Assembly (NCBI RefSeq): GCF_018350175.1
Contig: NC_058368.1
Span: 232,192,001 to 232,256,000 of the forward strand
DNA from: Felis catus
Taxonomy: Eukaryota
Direction: 5' to 3'
Length of the DNA: 64,000 bases
Shown piece after piece: positions 1 to 12,765 of this stretch; position 1 is the first letter of the stretch; every line of letters begins with the position of its first letter. The position numbers were made by a program, and so were the translations under genes. The notes under the pieces are model-generated. The model saw only the letters and a list, made by a program, of their open reading frames with translations, made no database searches and was not told the origin of the DNA.

Positions 1-274
1 CAGAGCCAGAGCTCACCTGAGTAGACCTCAGACGGAGTCTGGGAGAGTACTTTCATTTGGTAACACATTTGTTAACAGGCAACGTCCCTGTCCCTTGAGT
101 GCTACTGTTAAATATGACGACGATGTGAAATCTCCTAGCACAGCTCCCTGTCCCATGAGCAGCTGCCTGTGTATTCACCCATTGATTCCTTCCTTTACTT
201 ATTCATGCGTTTCCCTCTGGCCACTGAAGCCCAGGGCACCATAGAATTGCTGTCCGACTACAAGACAGATTTGC

Positions 275-520
275 CATTGGTTGAATGGCTTCTCTGTGCC
301 AGGCACACTGTTTTGTTCCTTGGCATCTACAGGCACTTTCAATTAATTTACAAATGCCTTCCACTGATGATCTCAGCTGGCCTCACAACTGCCCTGGGAA
401 GTGAATAGAGCGAGTGTTTTTCTAGCTACTTTATAGGTAGAGACAGAAGCTGAGAAGCAGCGTCTTACTTGAGACCGAATGGCTCCTGGGGCAGCAGCGT
501 GGAGCCTTCACCTGGCCGTG
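275..520 (-). mobile_element. Degraded MIR SINE
   Basis: tgtgccaggcacactg...cctcacaactgccctgggaag...agacagaagctgaga resembles the MIR core. Confidence 0.45.
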
Positions 521-695
521 ATCCCATCACCTGTGGACCCATCGCCTGGCTGCCCCTGCAAGGAAATGGGACATTGCACATTGGACAAGACTCGAGATCC
601 ATTTCTGACACTCTCTAATTTTACAACCGGCTTATCATTTTACAGCATGTAGGGCATTTTTATCAAGTGCTACAAAAAACTATCACCTATTTTTA

Positions 696-892
696 TTTTA
701 TTTTTTCTTTTTCTTTCTTAAGACAGAGCATGGGTGGGGGAGGAGCAGAGAGAGGGAGACACAGAATCGGAAGCAGGCTCCAGGCGCTGAGCTGTCAGCG
801 CAGAGCCCGACGCGGGGCTTGAACCCACGGACTGTGAGATCGTGACCTGGCTGAAGTCGGACACTTAACCGACTGAGCCACCCAGGCGCCCC
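696..892 (-). mobile_element. CAN-SINE (SINEC_Fc-like)
   Basis: Reverse of GGGGCGCCTGGGTGGCTCAGTCGGTTAAG head, CT tract and A tail. TSD cacctattttt/catctattttt. Confidence 0.93.
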
Positions 893-1968
893 CATCTATT
901 TTTAAAAAGCAGTTTCCATCTTACACTTTTCCCCCTGTAACCTGTGATAAAACCAAGTATTAGAAATGGCGCGTTATAAACGGCAGTCTCAGATGGTGTG
1001 GACATGGAATCTGTTTCCATCAAACTTGCTTATGGGAAATTCTGCTGGGGGTTAGTCTTTGTTGGCCCCAGGATTCAAGCTTCGGAAAGAGTTGAGAAAG
1101 ATCGGTGGGGCCTCTCTGATTGTGTGCTCTGCCCCAGGAAAGCTTTTCCCCCTTTCCCACCCCGCTGTCTGCCTTATCCTTGCCCCAAACCATCCTGCAC
1201 AGGTCCCTGCCCGTCTCTCCACAGCCCAGCTCTGGATTCCCTTCTCAGCATTGCCGGGCCTGATTTTTCCCCCCTTTTATATACCAGATTCATGGTCATG
1301 GTGGCTCCTCTGTCTCAACATCTCTTTCCTTCCCTTCTTCTTCCTGGCTTCTTCCTTTACCCTCCTCTTTCCACTTCTCCCTTCCTCCCTCCCTCTGGCT
1401 TAGAGAATGAGCACAAGGCAATAAAGCCACCAGTACCTTGTACCCATGTGAAATTTACTGGAATAATATTACTTAATTGACAGATTAAAATGGCCTAATT
1501 CTATCTCTGTGGAATCCATATCTTGCTTATAGACCCACCGTTCCAGTAGGGATAGTAATAGATCTATATGATGTTCTTGACCGCTGCATTTTCAATTTTG
1601 GCACCTGATTTACAGGCAGATATAGTAGTGTGCACTTGGCCAGACAGCTTCTATGTAACTTCAACACGTGATGGGGAGTTTTCATTCCTATGCATTCAGA
1701 TTAAAGTCAGCACTGATTTCTACCGGATTAATTTTTAAGATCTGATCATATATTTCTGTAATGGAGTTGAGAGACTCCCCAGATGTGATGAGTTTAAATC
1801 TAGAATGGGAGGGCCCAAAGGAGGGGGGACCTTGGAGAGAGCAGAGAAGCACACATGTTTGCACACTGACGATCTTAACCTTCCGAGTCCCCCTCCCGCC
1901 GGGGTGGCCAGGATCAGCTGTGCGTGTCCAGGTGGCCGGTCCCCATAACGGCCTGTTTTTCCTTGCAG

Positions 1969-2173
1969 TGTGGCACGGTGGACCAGGGCCTGTACATGAA
2001 CCTGACCGAAAGGAATCTGCAGGATGCTCAGAAGTTCATCCTGATGCACGAGGTGGTCCAGCCTGTGACCTCGGTGCCCTCTTTCATGGAGGACAACAGC
2101 CGCTTTTCCCACGTGGCCGTCGACGTGGTGCAGGGCAGGGACATGCTCGTCCACATCATCTATCTGGCCACAG
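1969..2173 (+). CDS. SEMA5A: Semaphorin-5A internal coding exon (205 nt, phase 0 to 1), Sema domain: CGTVDQGLYMNLTERNLQDAQKFILMHEVVQPV...VHIIYLAT
   Basis: Acceptor tttttccttgcag| and donor |gtagga. Peptide matches recalled mammalian SEMA5A. The final G joins AT of the next exon to give Asp (LATDYG). Confidence 0.97.
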
Positions 2174-2929
2174 GTAGGAGTTGGCGCCTCCCCTGAAGAG
2201 TTTCCTAAGCATGAGATTTCTATGTCCAGCCGCAAGTCGGTCTTCTTTGTCACCCAGCAAAACCCACGAACCAACCTTGTCTTCGTCATCCTCTGTGTTC
2301 CTCATAGGGAACTTAATTTCACTCTTTACATTACATTGGCCATAATTTTAGTTGGGAAGACAGCGCCTGGTTTCTTAACTGTCATTTCTTAAGTGCTCAT
2401 AAAATAAGGCTTTTCTTGGCAAGACCATTTTCATTTGTATAGTTTAAGACAATGCAATTGGAGGGCATTGTTGGGTGCAATATTATCCTGGGATTGTCAT
2501 AATGATTTTCAATGGATTCAAACAGTGCTCGCAAGATATTCCTGGTGTGGGATGTAGATAGAAGAATTTTGAAGAATGTGTTTGGAGGCATAAACAACAA
2601 AATACTTTGAAGAGAAACTGGCAACACTATTTATCAAATTATAGATGACAGCTAGACATGTCCAGTTTCCAAGGTAACTGGGTACTGGAGGCAGGCGTCT
2701 GGCACAGAAAGGGTGCTTGAGACCAGCCTCAGTGACCGTGTCTCAGTCTGCACACCTGTTCAGCTTTTCCTTGCCTTCAGGTCCTCCCTTGCAGAGTCCC
2801 CTCACCACGGAGCCCGCCCCCATCCTTACATCCTCTGTCCAGTGCCCTGTCCAATGACCCCTTTCTCACAGAACACAGTTTCTATTGTTTCTGTTGTTTA
2901 TAATATCTCATACCCACTACTGGTTGATT

Positions 2930-3440
2930 TTATTCAGGAAGTCACCAACATTTATTGAATTTTTACTATTTTGCGGCTTGTATGAGCACTGATGAGTCAG
3001 ATGGTGAACAGACTGGCAACATCCTGCTCTCCTGGGGACAACATAACATCAGCCTGCCGCTGAGGGGAAGGACCGAGAGAGTGATTGGCTTATGCTGTGA
3101 ATATGAATAGAGCCACGGGCTAGCAAGAGGCGGAGGGCTCCCATCCTTGGCTGTTGAGGGTTGGTCTCTCCCAGGAGGTGACATTTAAGCTGATAGCTGA
3201 CTAAGGAGAAAGACCTGGCCTTTCAGGACGAGGGAAACAGCGAAGGTACAGGAGTGGTCAGCTGGGGGCAGTGCCCCTGTGTTGTCAGGTAAGGACAGGG
3301 ATGTCACTGTGGGATTGACAAAGGAGGCCATGAGTGCCTCTATGGTCAGGAGCAGGAAGGAAGTTAGGTGGAACATCCATGATGAATAAGCCTTGGAAGA
3401 GAGAGGATTGATATGGTATCCTAAGGGATTGGGAGTTCAA
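2930..3440 (-). mobile_element. Degraded L2 LINE 3' fragment
   Basis: tttattca...caacatttattga...gtgaacagac...ctgctctcctgggg pattern typical of the L2 3' end. Confidence 0.45.
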
Positions 3441-3540
3441 GTTTGTAGTGTTTTTTAAGAGAAGACAGAATTACCATTGCAGTGTGTGTCTTGCTCGTTA
3501 GAGCATAAGAAGAAATCAGGTCTTGGTTTCTGCCATTTTT

Positions 3541-3760
3541 TTTTTTAATTTTTTTTTCAACATTTATTTATTTTTGGGACAGAGAGAGACAGAGCATGAA
3601 TGGGGGAGGGGCAGAGAGAGAGGGAGTCACAGAACCGGAAGCAGGCTCCAGGCTCTGAGCCATCAGCCCAGAGCCTGACGCGGGGCTCGAACTCACAGAC
3701 CGTGAGATCGTGACCTGGCTGAAGTCGGACACTTAACCGACTGCGCCACCCAGGCGCCCC
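3541..3760 (-). mobile_element. CAN-SINE, young felid subfamily
   Basis: Full length with subfamily-diagnostic GTGGCGCAGT, CAGCCAGGTCACG, CTGGGCTGATGG and GTCCCAAAAAT. TSD gccattttt. Confidence 0.95.
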
Positions 3761-4129
3761 AGCCATTTTTATCCTTAATGCCCCACAGAGGGCTGGATGT
3801 GTAGCAAGTTGAGGAATGAGTGAACTGGACCTTTCCAGAAGTTTCCCTAGTTTTTCTTCATAAGTGTTCTGGTTGACTCTGCCACGGAGAATAGAGTCAT
3901 CTTGGAACTCCAGGCGGCTGTTGAGTCCCTCATCCGTACCTGGGGGTGGAGGTGGCGAAGGGAGATGAGGCTGGTCGGTACAGAGCAGGGGCCTCAGCCT
4001 GAGCATTCTGACCTTTCCACAACCAAGGCCCTAACAAGGCGGGATTTGCTTCCTTGTGTTTAATAATGATTTGTAGCGAGCTTCTGAGGGCTTCTGATGG
4101 CACTCTCGTTGTCCTTTAATTGTGTCTGG

Positions 4130-4498
4130 TGTCTTAGTTCAGGCTGCCGTGACAAAATACCATAGGTGGGGTGGGGGTGGAGGGCTTAATCTACAAATCT
4201 ATTTCTCACCCTTCTGGAGGCTGGAAGTTCAAGATCAAGGTGCTAGCCAATTTGTTTTCTGGTGAGAGTCCTCGTCCTCATTCATTCTCCATAGGTGACC
4301 AACTCCTTGCTGTGTCCTCACAGGCTGGAAACAGATCATCTCTGTTGTGTCTCTTTAAAAGAGCGCTAATCCCATTTATGGAGGCTCCACCCTCACGGCC
4401 TAATGACCTCCCAAAAGCCCCGCCTCGAAATATCATTGCTTTGAAGATCAGGGCTTCAGTATGAATTTTGGGAGGACGCACACGTTCAGTCATTAGCA
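4130..4498 (-). mobile_element. MaLR solo LTR (MLT1A-like)
   Basis: tgtcttagt...ttctggaggctggaagttcaagatcaaggtgc...atgaattttgggagga...gttcagtcattagca, with TG...CA ends. Confidence 0.8.
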
Positions 4499-4560
4499 AT
4501 GAGCAACTTTTTCTACCACTTTTTAAAACTTGCCCACAGGAATAAAATACTTGAAGATAT

Positions 4561-4628
4561 TTTTTAAATTTTTGTCAGTTTACTTATTTATTTTGAGAGA
4601 GAGACAGAAGAGTCTGAGTGGAGGAGGC

Positions 4629-4668
<40 letters not shown>

Positions 4669-4778
4669 TCCCAGGCAGGCTCAGCCCTATCAGCACACAG
4701 AGCCCAATGGGGTGGGGCGTGGACCTGAGCCGAAATCAAGGGCCGGACACTGGACTGACTGAGCCACCCAGGTGCTCC
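4561..4778 (-). mobile_element. CAN-SINE, older and internally deleted
   Basis: SINE head, (GA)n tract, TSD ttgaagat. Confidence 0.88.
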
Positions 4779-6989
4779 TTGAAGATCTTTATTGCAGATA
4801 ATAAGCTTGCGCAGAATCTAAATCCAATCACAACAGATCAATTTGGGTAAATTGTGAATTTAAGATGAAATTATGGTCAACATCCATGGCTTTTTAAAGA
4901 GTATATCTTTCTAGAAACTTGCTTGCCTCTATCTGTTTTGAATGACCTCATGATTGGGCTCCTGCTCTCCCCTGAACCCCCTCCCACCTCCTCCCACAAG
5001 GCAGCTAGGGGATTAGCTCCGGACTCAGTTGCTAGCTACCCCAGGTTGTCTCCTCTCCAGGTTTGCAAATCTGATGCTCATTAACAATGCACCATGTGCC
5101 ATTCAGCGCATGTGTCTTACGGAGGTTCCTTTTTTTGTTGTTGTTCTACACACCTGATTCAGATTTTAATCTATAATTTACAAATTCAGTCATGGCACCC
5201 ATCAAGATGTCGCTAACGGGAACCACAGGCTGAGGTTACGGGGGAAGAAGCCACACCACAGAACTGTCCTACAGCCTCCACGTCTCACGAGTCCGGGTTT
5301 TGTTAATCTCAAAAGAAGAGGAATTTCCAGGGGGTGAAGGTCCCCTCCAACAGAGAAATAACCATGGCTACGTGGGGTCCTAACATGAGCAGTCCTCAAA
5401 CCATGTGCAGGGATTTGGAGCGGATGCTCGGAGAGTTCCAGTGGTGGCTAGATGCATAGATGGTATTTAAGTTTGTTTAGACTAGCTTGATAATTCTAAC
5501 CGTAGGACTAATACCGATTACAAATTTCATGTCTCAGCCAAGTTCTGGATCTTTTCATGCGTCTCTTACAGCACTGACTAATCCCTTCTTTTGTACGTTT
5601 TAATTTAGAATGAAATTTAGTTTTAAATGGTATTATTTTTAATGATCCAACATACAGGTTTCTTTTGTTTTCCCAAGGAATTGAAATGTAAAAGTGGAAT
5701 ATTAGACAAAATATTCCAAAATGCCAGTCTGTTTTTACTAAACCTGCTAAGAGCCGAGCAGTTCCTGACAGGTAGGGATGATAAAGATTGGAGATTTTGG
5801 CTTAAAATTCTAAAGGCTCATGTTGATGTGGTCTTTTATTTATGTCTTCCCAGTAGAGTCCCATCAAGGCAAACCAGGAACATTCCTCCTTTTTGATGTT
5901 AAAGCTAATACTGAGCACACGTGGCTGGGGCCCTTCTAGGCCCATTGCAGCACCTTCTGGATCTTTATCCGGGAATTCATAAATGCTCACCTGGTAGAGG
6001 AGGAGGGTAGCATTGACAACTAGCGAACATGAAGCAGAGTGCTTCCTAACTTGCTACTCAAGTCAATTTGATATCTTGGGTTTGGGAATCCAGGTCTGGT
6101 GCTAAGTGTATTTTCTCCCCCTGCCCCTCCTTGATTTTACCTGAATTAACAGGCATTGGAGACAACCCGCCAATGGCCACTTGAAAGTTGGTTTATTTTA
6201 TTTGTCAGCATTATCTAAAAATCCACGCGAAATAGACCTTGGCCATACAGTGGTTCCTGGTGCTTCTCGCAGCTTGAATGTCTCATCCCTGCCGCCCGCC
6301 ACCCCGCTGAGTCCACCGGCCTTTTCCAGACAAGCCCTGGTCTCTTAGCTACAGCTCGAGTCTCTGTCTTGTTGAAGATCCAGCCAGGCAGGACTAGGCG
6401 CATTATCTGGGCCATGACCGTGCTGCTGTTTTATAAGTTACCTCTTGGAAGGGCTTCTCGGAGCAAGAGGCAAATTGGCATATGGCAACTCCTTTAGAAG
6501 TTGTACGCCTCTGCAAAGATGAAATCAGAGCCCTGTTGACCACTCGTGTTCCGCGGCTCTCCTCCTTACTTGATCCGCGAATGCCGTCGTTTCTGGCACT
6601 TCTGCCTCCGTGACATTCCTTTGCTGGATTCCATCTTTCCTGCTTGCCCCTCATGGGTGGCTGTGACTCAGGCCCTGCCCATTGTCACGGTGGTTCTGGT
6701 CTGTGCTGCCTCCCTGCAAATACCATTCAGTGTCAGGGGTTCTACCATCCCTTCCAGGACGAAGTACATTCCTTGTATTTTGACTTTGCCTCAGTTCCAG
6801 GGTGTCTGTAGTTGAATGTGTATCTTTATTGCCCAGATCTGCTTCTGTTCCTGTATATTCTGTCTCGTTCTTGTTCAGGCAGCACATCCTGGAGTTTCAA
6901 ACCCTCTGCCACCTCTGGGAACCATCCGTTGTACCTTTCCAAAACTTATCCCCTTAATTCAGACCCTTGTTATTTCTAGAGAACTGTAT

Positions 6990-7148
6990 TTTTGTTGTTG
7001 TTTATTTACTTTGGGGGTGGGGGGGCAGAGAGAGAGAGAGAGAGAGAGACAATCCTCACGTGGAGCTTGAACCCATGAACCGTGAAAGCATGACCTGAGC
7101 CGAAAGCAAGAGTTGGCTGCTTAACCGACTGAGCCACCCAGGTGCCCC
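6990..7148 (-). mobile_element. CAN-SINE, internally deleted
   Basis: ttaaccgactgagccacccaggtgcccc head. Degenerate TSD tagagaactgtattt/tagagtactattt. Confidence 0.85.
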
Positions 7149-7284
7149 TAGAGTACTATTTTAAATCAGTGTTTGTTCCACTTGAGAATGGGTAAGACCT
7201 TGATTCTGATTTAGTGTAGCGAGCTGGGATTATTTGGACCGATAAGAGAACTAACATCAAATTACACATTTTATTTCACTTTAA

Positions 7285-7386
7285 AAATTTTATTTTTATT
7301 ATATTTTATTCAAGTACAGTTAACACACAATATTACATTAGTTTCAGGTATACAACATAGGGATTCCACAAGTTTCTACATTATGC
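7285..7386 (-). mobile_element. L1 extreme 3' end fragment
   Basis: T-rich tail followed by acagttaacacacaatattacattagtttcaggtatacaacatag. Confidence 0.65.
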
Positions 7387-7779
7387 AGAAAGCTGGGATT
7401 TCTAACAGGCTCCCAGGTGAACTTAACGCCGTCCATTTCTGGACCATATTCAAGCCGTGCAGTTCTGGATGAAATAATAATTTTGACCTAGAATCTCTCT
7501 ATAACAGATGTATCTCACCTCTGTCTGTGGTTAGGCACTGACATCACTGTGACTGGTTTCTAATTGTTTGTGATGCAGATATAAAATCTGTTACCCAACA
7601 CGAGCCTAACTGTTCCTTTCAGTACCTACTGTTATGATTTGCTAACTCGCCTGAGAACATCTGGTACTTGCTTTGACAGAAAATGTTTAAGATGCAGCCA
7701 GCTAGTACAGAACGATTAACATTATCAGGCAAAAAAAAAAAAAAAAGTCAGAAATCATCTGTAATAGAACTTGGCGGTC

Positions 7780-8450
7780 TAGACAAGGGGCCGGCAAAGT
7801 TACAAAGAACGATTTCTCCAAAAAAAAAGGAAGATTGGGTCTGAAAATTTCAAAGCACAACAAGTTTGAGCAATATTGATTCAGAATAAATGAGCACTGG
7901 ATAGAACCAGGTTAATTTTTAAATTCCAAAGATAAAGAAAGAATTATTGAGGAGAAAAAATAACTGCAAATGGAAAAGAAGAAAAAAAAGTTAGGCGGTC
8001 CCAGAATGCGCTCCAGCTGCGTAAATCTGTGAAACATGGTCCAAAATATTCTGAGAAAAAGAAAATGTGAATCGAGAATATCACGCTCAACCAGAAATAG
8101 AGAATAGGCAGACACTTTTGCAACCGAGAAAACCTCACGAAGTAGAATGCCAGGGGTCTCTTTTACAAGCCCCAGACAAGACCCGTTCCTGCTTAGATTC
8201 CACCAAACAGTTGATAGAGCAGCTTTGAGAAATAATGGAAAGTAAAACAAAGCGGCGGAAGTCTTAAGACCAGATTGCAAGCACAGCAATGTATACAATA
8301 ACTGGAGGAAAATTAAATGTGACTCGAGGGTTTTATTCTAGGATAATCTCTCCTTCAAAAGTAAAGGAGGATTCACGGTATCCAGCGTCCGTGATTCCTA
8401 CCTTAAAAACAGAAAACCTTGATTTCTAGCCAAAGGAAGAAACATCAGAA
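7780..8450 (+). mobile_element. Ancient L1 ORF1-like remnant (HAL1 or old L1)
   Basis: A-rich strand. Translates to SKDKERII (7925), LRKRKCESRI (8051) and KCDSRVLF*DNLSFKSKG (8315), resembling L1 ORF1p motifs KDKERIL and PRILYPAKLSF. Confidence 0.5.
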
Positions 8451-9377
8451 CAGAAACCTCAGGAAAGAAGTCATGGGGAAAGGATGGGTGTTGGGATGAG
8501 AATCCATTTGAACTTCGGATAAAGAGAAATGAAGACGCCCTATAGGACCTGACGGTCAGGGTAAGCAAGGGCTGTGAGAGGTGGTGGAGCAAAGCATGCT
8601 GGGACAGCTGAGAGAAGGCCTGTGAATTGGACATCCCTCGGAGCGTGTGCTCAGCTTCTCTTGCCTTACTTTATCCTGGGCCTTCAGCCATTCGCTGTCT
8701 CAGCCACCACCATGGCTGATGGATTCCCGGCAGGACCGTGGGATTCTTCCAACCGATGCCTACTGGCTGGTGGCCAGGCGCCCCCTGCCACCTCCGGACC
8801 TGGATGAGACATCGTGCCACTCGCGTGGGGTCCCGCTTCTCACGCAGGTGCAAAAGGGACGGGGAGATGCCCTCGGAAAGGCAGGGAGCTCAACTCCCTG
8901 TGAGGTGAGCTTCACCCAGTGAGATGCGGGGCATGGGAAGAGACGAGCTGATGAATTTCGCTTCTCCTTTCCCCTCCAGTGGGCTGTCCGAGGCAAGTAG
9001 CCAAGCACATGTCTCTTTGTAGCTTGACGTAAGGGAGTGGCCCCAGGATGACACCTCACATGGCATTCCTTCCCATTCCTTCCTGCTTCCTTTTTTTTTT
9101 TTTTTAATATTAGTTCCTGGTGTACAATATAGTCTTCTTTTCTTCCTTCACACACGCAGCCCTGGGGTTGTCCCCCTAATCATGCATTAGCTCTTAAGCC
9201 TACTTCACACTCTGTTTTCTAGGCAATCAGAGTCAGGGAGACTTCACTCAACCCCGTAGAGCTGCATGGCTACAAACATAGGCAGACAGAGAAGACGAGA
9301 TATGCTCTATAGACCATGTTGAGCTACTCAGATTTCAACCTATAATCACTCGAGAATAATAAAACTGAACATTTTGT

Positions 9378-9606
9378 TTTTGTTGTTTAATTTTTTAAAT
9401 GTTTATTTATTTTTTGAAAGAGAGAGAGAGCAGACAGAGTATGAGCAGGGGAGGGGCAGAGAGAGAGGGAGACACAGAATCCGAAGCAGGCTCCAGGCTC
9501 CGAGCTGTCAGTACAGAGCCCGACACGGAGCTCGAACTCACGAACCGTGAGATCATGACCTGAGCTGAAGTCGGACGCTTAACCGACTGAGCCATTCACG
9601 CACCCC
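9378..9606 (-). mobile_element. CAN-SINE
   Basis: Full length. TSD actgaacattttgt/actgaacgttttgt. Confidence 0.93.
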
Positions 9607-10049
9607 TAACACTGAACGTTTTGTAAAGAAAGGAAGTAACATGAAGCAATCAGTATTTCCAGCTATCACTGTCCATAATTCCTGGAGAATGAATTGGAGG
9701 GTAGCCCCGAGGATAGAAATGGGAGAATTTGGGTCTAAAGCATCAGTATAATTTTGCTGCAAGATTTGCCAGTTATGCGAAAGCAATCGTTATAGGGACA
9801 TGTCATTTCACTGCAGTTGTGTATTGAAGACCAGTCTGTGCTCAAGGCTACTTAATTCAAAATCCACGTCCAGGAGGAGATGGGTGTGGCGGGAGTGGCT
9901 AACAGACTGGCAGCGGTGGGGTAGACTGAGGCATGCACTCGTAACCAGGGCGATATTGCCCCTAAGGAGGCAGACGTTGATTCCTGAATGACAAAAATAT
10001 CTTACCTTTATCCACAAAGCACAGATATACACGCACTGCATAAGCAAAA

Positions 10050-10495
10050 ACATATATATATAACTATATATTTATGTTTTATTTTATATTTATATTTTAT
10101 TTTATATTTATATTTTTATATATTATATATAATTAATTACAGATTAATTATATATAATATATTGTATATCAATATATAGTATATTATATATAAATATAAT
10201 ATATAATATATTGTATATTAATATACAATATATTATATATAAATATAATATACAATATATATATTTGATGTGTATATATGTCAAATTAATAAATATAATA
10301 TATAATATATATATTTATATATATTATGTTATATTTATATATTTATATATTTATTTTATATTTATGTATTTATATTTATATTAATTTTATATTTATATTA
10401 ATTTTATATTTATATAATATATATATAGTGTATATATAGTCTATATATATATATATATTGTATATAATACATATAGTGTATATATAGTCTTTAGT
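10050..10495. repeat. AT-rich low-complexity / degenerate (TA)n tract
   Basis: About 450 bp consisting almost entirely of A and T. Confidence 0.9.
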
Positions 10496-12038
10496 ATTAA
10501 AATTTCCTGTGCTGGAGGACAAGTACAGAAAAAAAAAACCCAAAACTGTGAAGAGTCTCCTTGTCAGAGAGATAAAGGAAAAAACATTTGAGAAACACTG
10601 TTCTTGGCGATTTTTGTGGAGAAAAGTTAACAGATTTAGTATATGTTCTGGAAGTATGTAAGGATGAAATGGACAAGATCACTAGTAACTCCTGATTTGT
10701 TTGCTGTGGGCAGGGGAGTGATTGCTGACAACCTTTTCTAAGAAGGGAGAACTGGAAATGTGGGGCCCCGATTCCCTGGAGAGGGTTCAGCTGTGAACAC
10801 AGTAGACTCCCAGCCATGAAGAAGCTCGTATTTCAGAGAGAGGTACAAACCACAAAACAGTTAGGTTAAATGTCGGTTGGGGGAAAAGTACAGCACAAAG
10901 AAGGAAGGAGGGAGGCCAGGTTTCAGCGTTAACAAGTTATTTGTAAGGGAAACAAGTGGGATCCATTGTGTTTAATGGTTTTTAGGAGGTAGGAGGTAGA
11001 GACTAGAATTCCACTTCCAAGGACTTTCGTGTGTTAGTGCCATCTTGAGTCTTTTCGGTAGAGATTAGACTCCACGAATCTGACTTTAGAAAGTTTGCAG
11101 CTACGGATGGGAATCGTCTCACTGAGACGGCCCACTGTGCAGGAGAAAGGGTCACTGAATGGGTGACATTCCGAGGGCCACCAGAGGTTGGGGGTCAGAT
11201 AACAACCCCAGGGAAGAGAAAGGAGACGCCTCGATGCAGATGGGACCCCAGCACTCATGCTTCCTGTGGCTTTTCCATGAGTACCGTGGAGAAAATGTAG
11301 CCAGTGAGTGGCTGTATCCTACCCTCCCTTTCTTCTCTTTCAAATATATTTTCAATATAGAATAGAATATAGAATATGTATTTATTGTTACTTGCTACCA
11401 ACCATTATTAAAATTCAGAAATCAGTAATGATCAAATAATTGCAGGGACTAATAGCGGTGTAGGAAAATCCCAATTGAGCTTGTAGAAAAAACAGAGAAA
11501 GAAACAATGTTCTGTGTATTCTAGAAATTTCTCCTGTAAGAGTAACGATTGGGGACGAGCTTATTAGCAAATGCAAAAATCCCATTCCAGACATTATCTC
11601 CCTGGGTGCAGTTCCTTCCAGTACCTTCTCTTAAGCCCTGCAGTTCCCCTTTTGTAGAGAGGAACATGATGCTGCTGAGTGAAGGACAGGCCCCAACAGT
11701 CCCTAGGACTGAGGTACACAAGACTTGAGAGGCTCTAGGGAGATCCCTGTGGGCACTAAAAATTAAGTGATTCATTTCTGTGGCCATTATTAACCACTGT
11801 CTTCCTTCAATATTTACAATCGGTGTCACGAGTAAGCATGAAGTCGTGCACGTCTTTTGTTGGGAAGATTTTGCAACAGTCACCCCTAATTCTGTCCTTC
11901 TCGCTGGACATCAAAAATCCAAACGTAATCTGAACATGCTCATGTGTGTCTGTTTGTGTAAGGTGTTCCCATAGGCTAGAAGGAAGCATTATGTAGTTTG
12001 AGTGTTCCTTAGATAGAATTTAACAGATTTTGAGTTTA

Positions 12039-12260
12039 TTTTTTTTTAATTTTTTTTCAACGTTTATTTATTTTTGGGACAGAGAGAGACAGAGCATGAA
12101 CGGGGGAGGGGCAGAGAGAGAGGGAGACACAGAATCGGAAACAGGCTCCAGGCTCTGAGCCATCAGCCCAGAGCCTGACGCGGGGCTCAAACTCACGGAC
12201 CGCGAGATCGTGACCTGGCTGAAGTCGGACGCTTAACCGACTGCGCCACCCAGGCGCCCC
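12039..12260 (-). mobile_element. CAN-SINE, young felid subfamily
   Basis: Perfect 17-bp TSD aacagattttgagttta (12022-12038 and 12261-12277). CpGs largely intact. Confidence 0.97.
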
Positions 12261-12332
12261 AACAGATTTTGAGTTTAATGATAAAATAATTGCAGGGAAT
12301 AATAGCCGTGTAGGAAAATCCCAACCACCCGG

Positions 12333-12765
12333 TGTTATGGGTTAAATTGTGTCCTCCCAAAAGACGTGGTGAAGTCCCAACCCACCCAACCCACCATTAT
12401 CTCAGACTGTGAGCTTACTGGGAAATAGGGTCTTTGCAGGTGCAAGTAGTTAAGATTAAGCCCCATAGGAGTCAGGTGGACCCTTTATCAGATATGCCTG
12501 GTATCCCTATAAGAGGAAGAGAAAGACCCACATAGGGAGAATGATGTGACCACACAGACGGAGACCGGAATGAACAGCCACAAGCCAAGGAGCACCAATG
12601 ATGGACAGCCACCACCAGAAGCTGGGAAGAGACAAGGAAGGATTTTGCCCAGAATCGCAGGGAGTACAGACTTCTAGCCTTCAGGACTGCGAGTCAATAC
12701 GTTTCTGTACCTTAAGCCATCCAGAATGTGGTATTCTATCTCAGCAGCCCCAGGACACTAATCCA
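12333..12765 (+). mobile_element. MaLR solo LTR (MLT1C-like)
   Basis: tgttatgggttaaattgtgtcctcccaaaa...gaaatagggtctttgcag...caagccaaggagcacca...ccaccagaagctggga...cagcagccccaggacactaatcca. Confidence 0.82.

Noticed and set aside
998..1480. 160-aa Pro/Leu/Phe-rich ORF
   Set aside because: Arises from a pyrimidine-rich low-complexity tract; no homology recognised.
11426..12324. Direct repeats as a CRISPR-like array
   Set aside because: Only two copies, 850 bp apart, in eukaryotic DNA with no cas genes. No repeat-spacer array exists anywhere in the window.
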